From assembly GCA_050506795.1 (NCBI GenBank), contig JBJHCF010000001.1, positions 160,001-224,000 on the forward strand: a DNA stretch of 64,000 nt, given 5' to 3'. The DNA comes from Opitutia bacterium. Lineage in GTDB: Bacteria; Verrucomicrobiota; Verrucomicrobiia; Opitutales; T3Sed10-336. The notes beneath the pieces are model-generated. The model did no database searches, was not told the origin of the DNA, and saw nothing but the letters and a program-made list of their open reading frames with translations. This document shows, piece by piece, positions 30,575-40,635 of this stretch. The stretch's first letter is position 1. Each line of letters begins with the position of its first letter. The position numbers were made by a program, and so were the translations under genes.

Positions 30575-31693
30575 TCACCGGGGCGCGGTGTAACCGCCGG
30601 GGAGTCCGGATTTGGAGAAGACGAGTTGCCAGAGTTGGAGTTCCCGTGCGCGAAAGGCCCCGGCGCAGGAAAGCAGATAGTAGCGCCACATGCGGCGGAA
30701 TCGTTCCCCGTATCGTGAGGCGAAGCGAGGCCAGGCGCGCTCAAAATTTTCGTACCAGGCTGTCAGGGTGGGATCGTAATCCACCCCGAAATTGTGCAGG
30801 TCCTGGATGAGCAGGTTCCCTTCCGCCGCCCGGGTGAGCTGAGGCAGGGAAGGCAACATGCCGCCGGGAAAAATGTAACGGGTGATCCAGGGGTCGCTCC
30901 AGGTTTTGGTCAGGGGGGTTCCGATGGTGTGAAGCAGCGCCAGTCCGTCGTCTTTGAGACATCGCGCTTTGAGCGCCAGGAACTTCCCGAGGTTTGCCAA
31001 CCCCACATGTTCGCAGAGGCCGATAGAGACGACTTTATCGTACAGCCCGGATGCGTCACGATAATCCTTGAGGTGAAAGGTCACCGGTAGATCCGCGGCG
31101 TGTTTTCTCGCCCACGTCACCTGCTGTTCGGATATATTGTAGACCGTTACCGAGACACCGTACTTGGCCGCAGCGTATCGGGCGAAGCCCCCCCATCCGC
31201 CTCCCAGTTCGAGAACGCTTTCCCCGGACCGAAGGCGCAGCTTGCGGCAAATGAGGTCCAATTTGGCTTCCTGGGCGGCCTCCAGGGTTTCGGCCTCTTT
31301 CCAGTAACCGCACGTGTACTGCATCCATTGCGGGTCGAGCATGGCTTCGTAGAAATCATTCCCGATGTCATAGTGGATGTTAGCTACCCTGCGCGAGAGG
31401 CGCCGGTTCTGCTGATTCACCAGTGTCGAAAGCAGCCGCTGAACGATGGGGCGGCGCTTTCGCAGGGAGAGCTGCATGCGACACCGAATGATGCGGGCGA
31501 AGAACTCGTCGAGTGCCTCCACTTCCCACCAGCCGTCCATGTAAGACTCGCCGGCGGCGAGCGATCCCCCGGTCAATACTCGGCTGTACGTATCCGAATG
31601 ATGGATTTTTATATCCCAGGGACGCGAACCATTGACTTCAATTTCCGCAGGTTCCAGCAGGGTGCGAAACGTCTTTTCGGCTTGGGTTTTCAT
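30575..31693 (-). CDS. cfa: Cyclopropane-fatty-acyl-phospholipid synthase family methyltransferase
   Basis: GESYMDGWW, HYDIGNDFY, YTCGYW, LELGGGWG, YIFPGG, RMWRYYL. Confidence 0.9.
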   Translation of the reverse strand: MKTQAEKTFRTLLEPAEIEVNGSRPWDIKIHHSDTYSRVLTGGSLAAGESYMDGWWEVEALDEFFARIIRCRMQLSLRKRRPIVQRLLSTLVNQQNRRLSRRVANIHYDIGNDFYEAMLDPQWMQYTCGYWKEAETLEAAQEAKLDLICRKLRLRSGESVLELGGGWGGFARYAAAKYGVSVTVYNISEQQVTWARKHAADLPVTFHLKDYRDASGLYDKVVSIGLCEHVGLANLGKFLALKARCLKDDGLALLHTIGTPLTKTWSDPWITRYIFPGGMLPSLPQLTRAAEGNLLIQDLHNFGVDYDPTLTAWYENFERAWPRFASRYGERFRRMWRYYLLSCAGAFRARELQLWQLVFSKSGLPGGYTAPR

Positions 31694-31829
31694 AGTACCG
31701 CGAGTGAAAAGTCATTCTTAGAGCTCCCGGGACTCAATCACTTTGCCCCACCGAACGCAAGAGCGCGGAATCGCGATTGCCACCGGCAACGCGATCTCTC
31801 AAATTGAATTTGTCTTTGGAGCCACGAAA

Positions 31830-32063
31830 CTAGCCCTGGTCTCTCGTTTCGTGATCGTTTTGCCGGGAGCGGGCCATCTGTTTGGCCTTGAATGCCGGAC
31901 TGATTGCGATGAGAACCAAACCGACGAGAATGAGGGGAATTCCGAGAGGCAGGCCGATTAGGGTAAATGAGATTAACACTCCGGTGACCAGGCATGCGGC
32001 GCCAGCTCCCAGAATGAATTGAAATTTATTGTGACGTGATGATCTGGCAGGTTCGTTGGTCAT
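31830..32063 (-). CDS. Small membrane protein, hypothetical
   Basis: Two hydrophobic segments (TLIGLPLGIPLILVG); start uncertain. Confidence 0.5.
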   Translation of the reverse strand: MTNEPARSSRHNKFQFILGAGAACLVTGVLISFTLIGLPLGIPLILVGLVLIAISPAFKAKQMARSRQNDHETRDQG

Positions 32064-32109
32064 GTGAATATAGAAAACCGGCCGGGACCGAGGGTTCCGG
32101 TGGAACGAC

Positions 32110-32712
32110 ATGAAAGAGCAGGATTACGAACCGGGAGCAGTCGAAAAAGCGCATGCCGCGGTGCTTGATTCGTTGTTCGAGGGGGCGGTCGCGTTGGACG
32201 CCACTGCCGGAAACGGACGCGACACCGTGTTCCTGTCACGGTTGGTGGGGCCGGGCGGCAAGGTTTATGCGCTTGATATTCAGTCCGAAGCCGTGACCCG
32301 GACCCGCGCCCTTTTGGAGGGCGAGGGACTGTCCGACCGGGTGATCCTGCGAAGGGGAAGCCACGCCGATCTTCGCGACCGCTGGCCGGAACTGCGGCCG
32401 GGAAGCGTGCAAGCGATCATGTTCAACCTGGGGTATCTTCCGGGGGGCGAAAAATCGCTGATCACTCGTCCGGAAAGCACTCTGGCCGGCCTGGAGCAAG
32501 CGTTGCCGCTGATTGCTCCGGCAGGCGTGCTGACCGTTGTCTGCTACCCGGGACATCCGGGAGGCGAGGCGGAAAGCGAAGCGGTTTGCTCCTGGGCCGA
32601 AGCGTTGCCGGAGCAGACGTTTTCATCCCGCATTGAGCGATTGGCGGGCCGGTCCGAAAAGGCGCCGTTTCTGGTGCTGGTGAGACGTCTTACTCCTGAT
32701 GAAGGCGGCTGA
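32110..32712 (+). CDS. SAM-dependent RNA methyltransferase (YtqB/MnmM-like)
   Basis: DATAGNG.DT, DIQ, FNLGYLPGG, YPGHPGG..E. Confidence 0.88.
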   Translation: MKEQDYEPGAVEKAHAAVLDSLFEGAVALDATAGNGRDTVFLSRLVGPGGKVYALDIQSEAVTRTRALLEGEGLSDRVILRRGSHADLRDRWPELRPGSVQAIMFNLGYLPGGEKSLITRPESTLAGLEQALPLIAPAGVLTVVCYPGHPGGEAESEAVCSWAEALPEQTFSSRIERLAGRSEKAPFLVLVRRLTPDEGG

Positions 32713-34108
32713 CGATGGTGGTGATCGATTGTGGCGCCAACTCGACGACGATGTTATTGCCGGAGACCCGGGCGACTTCCGCCGGGGCGACTGCTTCCTC
32801 GCCGGCCGTGCGATAAACTCGCGGATCGCCTTCGAGCCCTTCGATGCCTTCGAGAGTGATGACTTGATGCCGCACCTCCTGATCCGGGTTCACCAGGACC
32901 AGCACCACTTCGTTTCGGCTGTCCGAGATCGCCGCCAGAAGCCGCGCGGAACCCGAGGGGACGATGGTATCGCCGGGGCGGATGAAGCGGGTGAATTGAC
33001 GAAGCATGTGAGTGTTGGGGTGCGGGGCAATGGTCTGGTTCTCATAGTCCACCTCGTAGTGGCGCCAGTGACGATGGGTGTCGAGTACCTGCCAAATGTT
33101 CCAAACGATCGGTTGCAGTTCGTTTAGATCCCGGATGAGGCGTTCGGCCATGATCAAGGTGATTTCACGGGTATTGCCGCTGACATTCAGCGGACCGGTT
33201 TCCGACTGCCACAACGGGAGGCCGAGTTCGGCGGTAAGTTGCCGAATGGGTTCCCGTTCGTTCCCGAAATAGGAATGGACGTTGAACTGTCCCAGGTGCC
33301 GGAGTGTTTCCTCGTCGTAAGAACGAAGGTTCCTCAGGCCGGCGCCCAGACTGCTGGCGTCGGAAGCGCTGACCACCGTCGGCAGGTCGGTTTTGGCCAG
33401 GGCTTCGCCCGCCAGGCGAATCAGGCGGGCCTGCTGGTCTTGCGGGATATGGCAACCTTCCTGGCTGCCGTTGGCCCGCCACCAGTTGGCGTTGGGTTCG
33501 TTCATCGGCTCCAGTGTCTGAAAGGTGATTCCTTCTTCGTCATGCAAGTGCCGCACCACGTCAACCAGGTATTCGATAAACGCCGCTTCGTATTCGGTCT
33601 TCAGGTTTGGGCCGCCGTCCTCCGCTCCGGAAGCGCAACCGCTTACGGTCATCCACCACGGCGGACTATTGGAAAACGCTTCGAGAATCGGGTTGTCGGC
33701 GCGTTCGGCCAGCTTTTTGAGCACACGTACCTGGCCGGCGTCCGCGTCCCACTCGTAAGGGCCGTCCTCCGCCGGCCGGTATCCGGGGACATCACCGAAG
33801 GGGCGCATGTGATCGTGATCGGGATGGTCGCCGCCCCCGATGTTGTAGCGGAAAACGTTCAGGCCGAGGCCTTCCTCGGGGTCGACGACGGCCTCGATCA
33901 ACCGGTCGAGGTTTTCCTCTTCCCAATCTCCCACGCTGTACGCCCACCAAGCCAGCGAAGCGCCCCAACCCTCCAGGGTCTGCGCTCTTTGGCTCAGATC
34001 GAGAGTGGTCTCCTCAGCGCTGAACATTGCGGGCGCGGAAAGGAGACAAGCGTTAATCAGAAAGAGCTTTAAGGAACGGCGCAAAAGGTGGTGGAGACAG
34101 GTCGGCAT
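32690..34108 (-). CDS. Glycoside hydrolase family 30 (endo-beta-1,6-galactanase-like)
   Basis: Signal peptide, GWGASLAWW, RYNIGGG, NSPPWWMT, NEP acid/base, NVHSY, WQSE nucleophile. Confidence 0.85.
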   Translation of the reverse strand: MPTCLHHLLRRSLKLFLINACLLSAPAMFSAEETTLDLSQRAQTLEGWGASLAWWAYSVGDWEEENLDRLIEAVVDPEEGLGLNVFRYNIGGGDHPDHDHMRPFGDVPGYRPAEDGPYEWDADAGQVRVLKKLAERADNPILEAFSNSPPWWMTVSGCASGAEDGGPNLKTEYEAAFIEYLVDVVRHLHDEEGITFQTLEPMNEPNANWWRANGSQEGCHIPQDQQARLIRLAGEALAKTDLPTVVSASDASSLGAGLRNLRSYDEETLRHLGQFNVHSYFGNEREPIRQLTAELGLPLWQSETGPLNVSGNTREITLIMAERLIRDLNELQPIVWNIWQVLDTHRHWRHYEVDYENQTIAPHPNTHMLRQFTRFIRPGDTIVPSGSARLLAAISDSRNEVVLVLVNPDQEVRHQVITLEGIEGLEGDPRVYRTAGEEAVAPAEVARVSGNNIVVELAPQSITTIVSRLHQE

Positions 34109-34275
34109 CGCAGTGTTGTTGTGGGTTTGCGCTGATATGATTCCCGCGAATCAATGTTATGGGATAAGAAAAACGCCGTTTGGTTGGTGGAGGCAAGCCT
34201 AAGTGAAATAGGTGTCCCGGAAGGTCTTTTTGTTTTGCGGATTCGACGACTCACGGAGTAGGACTTAATTCTCTT

Positions 34276-34977
34276 ATGGAGTCATCTGAAGCTGAAAACC
34301 CGGCATCCGCTCTGCCTTTTGTCCTGACCCCCGAAGAAGCCCGTGTCCTGGGCTGTCTGCTGGAGAAGGAGATCGCCACGCCGGAATATTATCCTTTGAC
34401 CCTGAACGCGTTGACCAATGCCTGCAATCAGAAGTCCAATCGGCATCCGGTAATGGCGTTGGATGCGGATGACGTCAATGAGGCGCTGGATTCGCTGCGG
34501 GAAAAGAAGCTGGCCGTGATCGTCTCGGTCGCGGATTCGCGGGTGCCCAAGTTCAAGCGCCTTTCCGATATTCTTGGCGATCCCGGTTTGGCCCAGCGGG
34601 CGGTCTTGTGCGAACTCCTGGTGCGCGGTCCGCAAACAGCCGGGGAATTGCGCAACCGCTGCGAGCGTTTACGGCCCTTTGTCGATATCGCCGAGGTGGA
34701 AAAGGTCCTGCGGGAACTGGAAGAGGCTCCCCCGGGACCGTTGGTCAAAAAGCTTCCCCGGCAGCCCGGCCGCAAAGAGTGTCGCTATTGTCAACTCCTG
34801 ACCGGTGAGCCGGACCTGGCCGAGGAACCGGAGGAAACCGCGGAAACGGTGGTCGCCTCAACGCGGGCTTCGCTGCAAAGCCGGATCGAAAGCCTGGAGA
34901 AAGACGTCGCGGACCTGCGGACGGAAAACGCGGCTCTGAAGGAGGAATTCGAACGCTTCCGGCAGCAGTTCGAGTGA
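34276..34977 (+). CDS. YceH/DUF480 family protein
   Basis: EARVLGCLLEKE..TPEYYPLTLNAL..ACNQKSNR, RGPQT.GELR. Confidence 0.92.
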   Translation: MESSEAENPASALPFVLTPEEARVLGCLLEKEIATPEYYPLTLNALTNACNQKSNRHPVMALDADDVNEALDSLREKKLAVIVSVADSRVPKFKRLSDILGDPGLAQRAVLCELLVRGPQTAGELRNRCERLRPFVDIAEVEKVLRELEEAPPGPLVKKLPRQPGRKECRYCQLLTGEPDLAEEPEETAETVVASTRASLQSRIESLEKDVADLRTENAALKEEFERFRQQFE

Positions 34978-35078
34978 ATCGAGAGCCTCCGTCCGCTTAT
35001 TTCCCCTTCAAACTCGAGCCGATCCCTTCGGGAGCATACCGAATGATTTCTCTGCGACCTTCCAACCTCTGCGGTGCC

Positions 35079-35224
35079 AAAAAACTTGACTCAACTACAA
35101 CAACTTTTTCGGTTTTGGACTCTAGTGTGAATGGCGCTCGGTTAAGAATATTGCCCGATGCTGCGGGCTCTGGTCTATCAGGGGATTTCTGACCACAGAT
35201 TGCGCAGATGACACAGATTCAAAG
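35079..35224 (+). repeat. Dispersed ~150-bp repeat, copy 1
   Basis: Colinear similarity to 51551-51711 (AACTACAACAACTTT, GAATGGCG.TCGGTTA, GCGGGCTCTGGTCT, TGACCACAGA, GACACAGATTCAAAG). Confidence 0.8.
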
Positions 35225-35384
35225 ACAGTAGTGAAGATTAGTGGTAAAACCAACCCCGGAATTAAGGTTCCCAGTTCCTCTTTTTTCTCACTGCCCGAAA
35301 TCTGTGGTTAAAGATCGATTTTTGGTTCCGGGTCATCCCTCGAGACGAGATGCCACGATCGAGCGCCTTAACCGAGTAGCATTC
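35129..35384. mobile_element. MITE-like element (~256 bp) with 18-bp terminal inverted repeats
   Basis: GAATGGCGCTCGGTTAAG (35129-35146) and CTTAACCGAGTAGCATTC (35367-35384) are 15/18 complementary; internal inverted pair ACCACAGATT/AATCTGTGGT. Confidence 0.6.
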
Positions 35385-35387
35385 GTC

Positions 35388-38360
35388 TTAGGGGTCATTT
35401 TTTATGGGTGGGCTGCACTCGGCCAAGGCTTCGCGCAGGATCTCCACCGGATGCCGGGCTTGCCGGCCGACGGCGTCACGGATCTGGTGGCGGCAACTGG
35501 TTCCGGGAGCGGCGATGGTTTCGCCTTCCGGGATGTCGCGAATTTTGGGGAAGAGAACCAGTTCTCCAATCTGTTGCGACAGCGCGTAGTGCTCTTTCTC
35601 ATAGCCGAACGAGCCGGCCATGCCGCAGCATCCCGAAGGAATCAGACGTACCTGGTGACCGGCTGGCAGTTCCAGCATGCGCACGGTGGGGGTTTGCGAG
35701 GCGAGGGCTTTCTGATGACAGTGCCCGTGCAGGTGAATAATTTTTTCGGAGGGGGCGAACGCGTTCCGGTCGATGCGGCCGGCGTCGATTTCCCGCGCGA
35801 TGAACTCGTCGATCAGGAGGCAGTGCGCCCCCAGGGATCGAGCCCTTTTTTGCTCCTCCCCGCGTAGAAGATCGGGGTACTCGTCACGGAACGAGAGCAG
35901 GGCGGAGGGTTCGATTCCCATCAGGGGGGCTTCTTCGGAAACCAACGGCGCCAAACATTCGACGTTCTTTCGTGCCAGGTCTCTGGCGCGACGCAGCAGG
36001 CCTTTGGACAAGGCTGAGCGACCGCTTTCTGTGTGGGCCGGAAGATCGACCTCATAACCGAGGCCCTCCAGCAACTCGACCGCGGCGATCCCGATCTCGA
36101 CGTCTTGATGGGCGGTGAATTCGTCGGCGAAAAGGTGAACCCGCCGTCCGTTGCCCGGATGCCGGGAAGAGGGGCGTTCGGCGAACCAGCGGCGCAGGGT
36201 GGTTCTGGCCGCCAGTGGAACGGTTCGATCCGGATGAAATCCCACCATGCGATTGGCCAGGCGGCGGAGGGTCGGGGTTCCGAATACGGCGTTCCAAAGC
36301 CACGGTGCTTTGGCCGCCAGGGAAGCCGTTTGCGCGAATCGTCCGATTAATCGCGAGCGCAATGGGACGCCGTGCGCGTCCTGATAATGCTGGAGGAATT
36401 CGGCTTTGAGTTTCGCCATATCCACGTTGGAAGGACACTCGGATTTGCAGCCTTTGCAGGAAAGGCAAAGGTCCATGACCTCGTGGATCTCGTGGCTGGC
36501 GAACGGACGGCGGGGGTCCGGGGGGCGGGTGAGGTGGTGCCGGAGGATGTTGGCCCGCGCCCGGGTGGTGTCGGTCTCGTCGCGGGTGGCCATGTAGCTC
36601 GGGCACATGGTCCCTCCGGCCAGTTCGGTTTTGCGGCAGTCTCCGGAACCATTGCATTTTTCCGCGGCCCGCAGCACACCCATGACCGGTGAAAAGTCGA
36701 ATACCGTTTCGTAGTCCGGGGTCGGGTGTCCGGGGCCGTAACGGTGGGCGGAATCCATCGGCGGGGTGTCGATGATTTTTCCCGGGTTGAAGATGCCGTC
36801 GGGATCGAAAAGCTCTTTGACCCGCCGCATGAGACCGTAGCAGTGGTCGCCGGTCATGAAGCGAATGAACTCACCGCGCAGACGGCCGTCTCCATGTTCG
36901 CCGCTGAGCGATCCGCGGTACTTTTTTACCAGGGCGGCGATGTCCTGCGCGATGGCGCGGAACATCCGGTGACCTTCCTTGCTTTTGAGGTTGATCAGCG
37001 GACGGGTGTGTAGTTCTCCGCTGCCGGCGTGGGCGTAATAAACGCAGGCGATGCTGTATTTGTCGCGCATCAGGGCGTCGAATTCATCTATATAGTCCGG
37101 GAGGTCCTCGACGTCGACCGCGGTGTCCTCGACTACCTCGGCCGGACGGGTGTCGCCCACCACGTTGGTCATCACTCCCTGGCCGGCGCGGCGCAATTCC
37201 CACACGCGGTCGCCGTCCGCCCCCCAGAGCACCGGGAAAGCGTAACCCAGTCCGGCCTCGCGCAAGGCGGATTCCAGTTTCGTCATCTCGGCGGCGATTT
37301 CCTCGGTCCGGGATCGGCGGATTTCGATCACCAGGATGGCGCCGGGATCGCCCTGCACAAAAAACCGGTTTCGCCGCTGTTCGATATTCGCTTTGGTGCA
37401 GTCCAGGATGTGTTTATCGATCAGTTCACAAGCGCTGGGGCCGTGCCGGACTGCGATTTGGGTGGCCCGAAGCGATTCCGGAACCGAGTTGAAATGAGCG
37501 CACATGAGGGCGCCGGCGGGCGGCAGGGGTTCGCAGTTGAATACGTACTCCACGCCGAAAAACAAGGTGCCTTCGGAACCGGCGATCAGTCGGCAAAGGT
37601 TGAACGGGTGAGGGGAGGCGGGGTCGAAGACATCGGCATCCATCAGGAGATCCAAAGCGTACCCGGTGTTGCGGCGTTTGATGGATTTCTTGGGGAAATT
37701 CTCATCGATGGCCCGGCGATTGTCGGGATCGGCCAGCAGGTCGCGCAGACCCCGGTAGATTCGGGTTTCGAGGGTGTCCGGACCCTCGCATTTTTGCCGG
37801 AAAGCTTCGGGGGAAAGGGGACCGAAAACGGTTTCAGTGCCGTCGCTGAGGAAGCCGCGCACCGAGATCAGGTGATCGCGGGTGCTGCCGTAAACGATGG
37901 AGTTGGAACCGCAGGAGTTGTTGCCGGCCATTCCGCCCATCATGGCCCGGTTGGCGGTTGACGTTTCCGGTCCGAAAAACAGGCCGTGAGGGGCGAGTTG
38001 ACGGTTGAGTTCGTTGCGAATGACACCTGGTTGAACCCGGACCCGGCGCCGCTGGCCATCGATCTCGATCACTTGATTCAGGTGGCGTCCGACATCCACC
38101 ACGATTCCGCCGCCGACCACCTGACCGGCCAACGAAGTCCCCGCGGTTCGTGGAATCAAACCGATACCCAACTGTCTTGCGAGGGCGATCAATCGAACGA
38201 TATCGCGTTCGGAATCGGGAAAGGCTACCGCGAACGGCTCTTCCTGATATTCGGATGCGTCGGTACTGTAGAGTTTGCGAGCGACCGGGTTGGTCCGGAG
38301 TTCTCCATCCAGGGAGGCCTTTGCCGCCTCGAGCCGATTCATCCGTTCCGCCCCGTTCAT
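35388..38360 (-). CDS. FAD- and Fe-S-binding oxidoreductase (YdiJ/D-2-hydroxyacid dehydrogenase-like)
   Basis: RTAGTSLAGQ, GSEGTL, SGEHGDG, CNGSGDC, CLSCKGC..EC, HGHCH, CCGMAG. Confidence 0.9.
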   Translation of the reverse strand: MNGAERMNRLEAAKASLDGELRTNPVARKLYSTDASEYQEEPFAVAFPDSERDIVRLIALARQLGIGLIPRTAGTSLAGQVVGGGIVVDVGRHLNQVIEIDGQRRRVRVQPGVIRNELNRQLAPHGLFFGPETSTANRAMMGGMAGNNSCGSNSIVYGSTRDHLISVRGFLSDGTETVFGPLSPEAFRQKCEGPDTLETRIYRGLRDLLADPDNRRAIDENFPKKSIKRRNTGYALDLLMDADVFDPASPHPFNLCRLIAGSEGTLFFGVEYVFNCEPLPPAGALMCAHFNSVPESLRATQIAVRHGPSACELIDKHILDCTKANIEQRRNRFFVQGDPGAILVIEIRRSRTEEIAAEMTKLESALREAGLGYAFPVLWGADGDRVWELRRAGQGVMTNVVGDTRPAEVVEDTAVDVEDLPDYIDEFDALMRDKYSIACVYYAHAGSGELHTRPLINLKSKEGHRMFRAIAQDIAALVKKYRGSLSGEHGDGRLRGEFIRFMTGDHCYGLMRRVKELFDPDGIFNPGKIIDTPPMDSAHRYGPGHPTPDYETVFDFSPVMGVLRAAEKCNGSGDCRKTELAGGTMCPSYMATRDETDTTRARANILRHHLTRPPDPRRPFASHEIHEVMDLCLSCKGCKSECPSNVDMAKLKAEFLQHYQDAHGVPLRSRLIGRFAQTASLAAKAPWLWNAVFGTPTLRRLANRMVGFHPDRTVPLAARTTLRRWFAERPSSRHPGNGRRVHLFADEFTAHQDVEIGIAAVELLEGLGYEVDLPAHTESGRSALSKGLLRRARDLARKNVECLAPLVSEEAPLMGIEPSALLSFRDEYPDLLRGEEQKRARSLGAHCLLIDEFIAREIDAGRIDRNAFAPSEKIIHLHGHCHQKALASQTPTVRMLELPAGHQVRLIPSGCCGMAGSFGYEKEHYALSQQIGELVLFPKIRDIPEGETIAAPGTSCRHQIRDAVGRQARHPVEILREALAECSPPIKNDP

Positions 38361-38421
38361 CGGCAGTCAGCTTACCGGAGTCGGGGGACGAAACGGAATA
38401 ATGAAATTGGGAAAATCGCGA

Positions 38422-39354
38422 TTACCGATCAGAGGTCAGAAACCACTTATCGTAGAAGGCCCCTCGATTATCCTGGAAAATAATGCGCCGGTCTTCGACT
38501 TCCCAAAGGGTCAACGGAAGGTTCGCTCCCACTGCCTCTCCCTGTTTTACCAGGGTCAATCCGACCAGAATGCGATTCTGCCGAGGATTGATTCCGGTAA
38601 TGGTGAGCTGACCGACCGATCGGCTGATCTCCGGATCGCGATCCACCGCGACAATCCGGCGAACCTCGTTGCTGATTCGCTCCTCCAGGGACTCCCTTTC
38701 CCGGGCGGCAATCAATTCCGCCGGCTCCGGGTCAACCGGCTCAGCCTCCCGCGCAATTTCCACTGCGAGCTCAGGCTCGGGGTCCGGTTCTGGTTCAGGA
38801 GTTGGCTCTCTGGGAGTTTCGGGCGGACGAGTTGATTGCTGACGGGTCCCCCCGCCGGTGGCGGCCACCTGCATTTGGTTACTGGAGGCATCGAGATTAA
38901 CCGCCACCAATTCCGACATGATCTGGTGATTGACCAGGCGAATGGGCTGTTGGGTGGTACTGAAGGTCAACTGTTCGATCGCTTCCTGGTCGCCGTAGTT
39001 GACCCGGTACATGAGCACGGTGTAAACCTCCCCGGGATTTTCCGCCGGTCCGAAGGTCTGTTGCCGGGCCTGAATCAGGGAATGGCGCTCGTAAGCGCCC
39101 AGAGTGTTTTCGACCTGCTGCAGGGTTTGGATCCATTGATCGCGGGAGACCCGCTGAAAGAACGGTTCCCCGTACAGCTCCGCGGCGGCGGGAAAATCGC
39201 CCGTTCCGATACGGTCGTAGAGGCGATCGGCCAGATCGGTGGTTTCCTTCTGATGGTCGATACCGCATCCGGCGAACAGAGTGACGAATAGCCAGGAAAC
39301 GAGAGCCGAGCGAAGCCACCCCGCCCGGCGAAAAATGAATGATTTCTTATGCAT
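38422..39354 (-). CDS. Hypothetical lipoprotein
   Basis: Lipobox FAGC, NTF2-like N-domain by pattern, Pro/Glu-rich linker, C-terminal domain. Confidence 0.7.
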   Translation of the reverse strand: MHKKSFIFRRAGWLRSALVSWLFVTLFAGCGIDHQKETTDLADRLYDRIGTGDFPAAAELYGEPFFQRVSRDQWIQTLQQVENTLGAYERHSLIQARQQTFGPAENPGEVYTVLMYRVNYGDQEAIEQLTFSTTQQPIRLVNHQIMSELVAVNLDASSNQMQVAATGGGTRQQSTRPPETPREPTPEPEPDPEPELAVEIAREAEPVDPEPAELIAARERESLEERISNEVRRIVAVDRDPEISRSVGQLTITGINPRQNRILVGLTLVKQGEAVGANLPLTLWEVEDRRIIFQDNRGAFYDKWFLTSDR

Positions 39355-39389
39355 GGATTCTCCGATGTTTTCGCGGCCGATGGTGGCGT

Positions 39390-39872
39390 CTATTCACTGA
39401 GGACCCATACCAGGTTCTGCGGTCCGCCCTCCAGCCGGAAACGACCGGAAAACAGGTCGCCGTTGTCAATCCGCTCGGCGATGGCTTGATAAAGCACAAT
39501 TTCGCGGTCGGTGGCGCCGTATTCGACCGCCAGGCCGACCACCCCGGAGTTATACCACCTCCAGGCACCTCCGACGGCGTTGGTTTGCCCGAAGGTTCCC
39601 TGGCTGACATAACCGTCCACTTCCGGAGGAAGCTGTCCGGCCGGAGAGTTTGCGGGCCACCGGGCATTGGCGAAATGGTAACCTTCAAACTGGCCGGACA
39701 TGCTGCGCAGATCGCTGACAAACTTGCTGATGTTTGCCTGGCGTCGCACTTGCTGGAACGCCGGGATGGCGATCCCGGCGAGAATTCCGACAATGACGAC
39801 GGCCAGCATGACTTCTATCAGGCTGAAGCCCTTGCGTTTATGGGCGTATCGAACGGCCGCGCAGGGAATCAT
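39390..39872 (-). CDS. Type IV pilin/pseudopilin with N-terminal methylation site
   Basis: KG|FSLIEVMLAVVIVGILAGIAIPAF; start uncertain (39872 or 39923). Confidence 0.88.
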   Translation of the reverse strand: MIPCAAVRYAHKRKGFSLIEVMLAVVIVGILAGIAIPAFQQVRRQANISKFVSDLRSMSGQFEGYHFANARWPANSPAGQLPPEVDGYVSQGTFGQTNAVGGAWRWYNSGVVGLAVEYGATDREIVLYQAIAERIDNGDLFSGRFRLEGGPQNLVWVLSE

Positions 39873-40128
39873 TGCCTGGTCGGATTGGTTGGAGGACGGG
39901 AAAAAGTGTCGGTTTGGTTTCATCGGAAAATTCTTGCGTAATGGAACTGGCGGAGGTTGCTGACCGCGGAAGACACATGCCGCGAGGCATGATCAGGATG
40001 CAAAGATGTGGTGAAGGTCGAAATCCGGCCCACAAAGAGTTGTCGCTTGCCGTTGAACGGCGCACCATACGATTCAAGAACTGCCGAAACCTGGGGGGAG
40101 GCAGAGGAAATACGCGCGTGCCCCGGCC

Positions 40129-40398
40129 TTAAAAGAGGGCCTGCAGCGTTCCGGGAAGCAGCGGTGCGACCCGCTCGACGATAAACGTCATGAACTCCGG
40201 TTCGTTGCGGTTGGCCGCCCATGACACCGTTTTGATGAAAAAGGCGAGGACGCAGGTCAAAGGGAAGAAAACGCGGTTGAAGCGATTGGATCCCTTGAAA
40301 TACATGTAGAGGCAGAAGATGAGCAGTATGAAAAGTGCCAAGTGCTCAACGACGTCGAGGACGGTAAGTTGTGAGAGATGTTTGATGAGCATATCCAT
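40129..40398 (-). CDS. Small membrane protein, hypothetical
   Basis: 89-aa ORF with two TM segments and an upstream AAAGG. Confidence 0.6.
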   Translation of the reverse strand: MDMLIKHLSQLTVLDVVEHLALFILLIFCLYMYFKGSNRFNRVFFPLTCVLAFFIKTVSWAANRNEPEFMTFIVERVAPLLPGTLQALF

Positions 40399-40576
40399 AG
40401 CGACCTTTGGTTTGTTGGTGCCGAGTATAGGGAATTCGCCGCTTAAAATCTACCCCCCGGGCCCAAATATGTGTCAAAAAAGGTTAAAACCCGGATTATG
40501 GAAGCTGCTAGTTTTCACGGTTTTATAGGTTTTTTAAGAATTGATCGACGCTTGGCGGTTTCCGGTTGAAATCGAA

Positions 40577-40619
40577 ACAAAAAAAGCCGCCCGCGGTTAC
40601 CCGAGGACGGCTTTTTTGT
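40577..40619 (-). terminator. Rho-independent terminator of the porin gene
   Basis: AAAAAAGCCG...CGGCTTTTTT hairpin 17 bp after the stop. Confidence 0.85.
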
Positions 40620-40635
40620 CCGAAAAATCCGGATA

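Noticed and set aside
30510..30689. N-terminal extension of the FAD reductase ORF
   Set aside because: Overlaps cfa; ATG at 30509 is the more plausible start.
34974..35192. 72-aa ORF after yceH
   Set aside because: Runs through the dispersed repeat; no protein motif.
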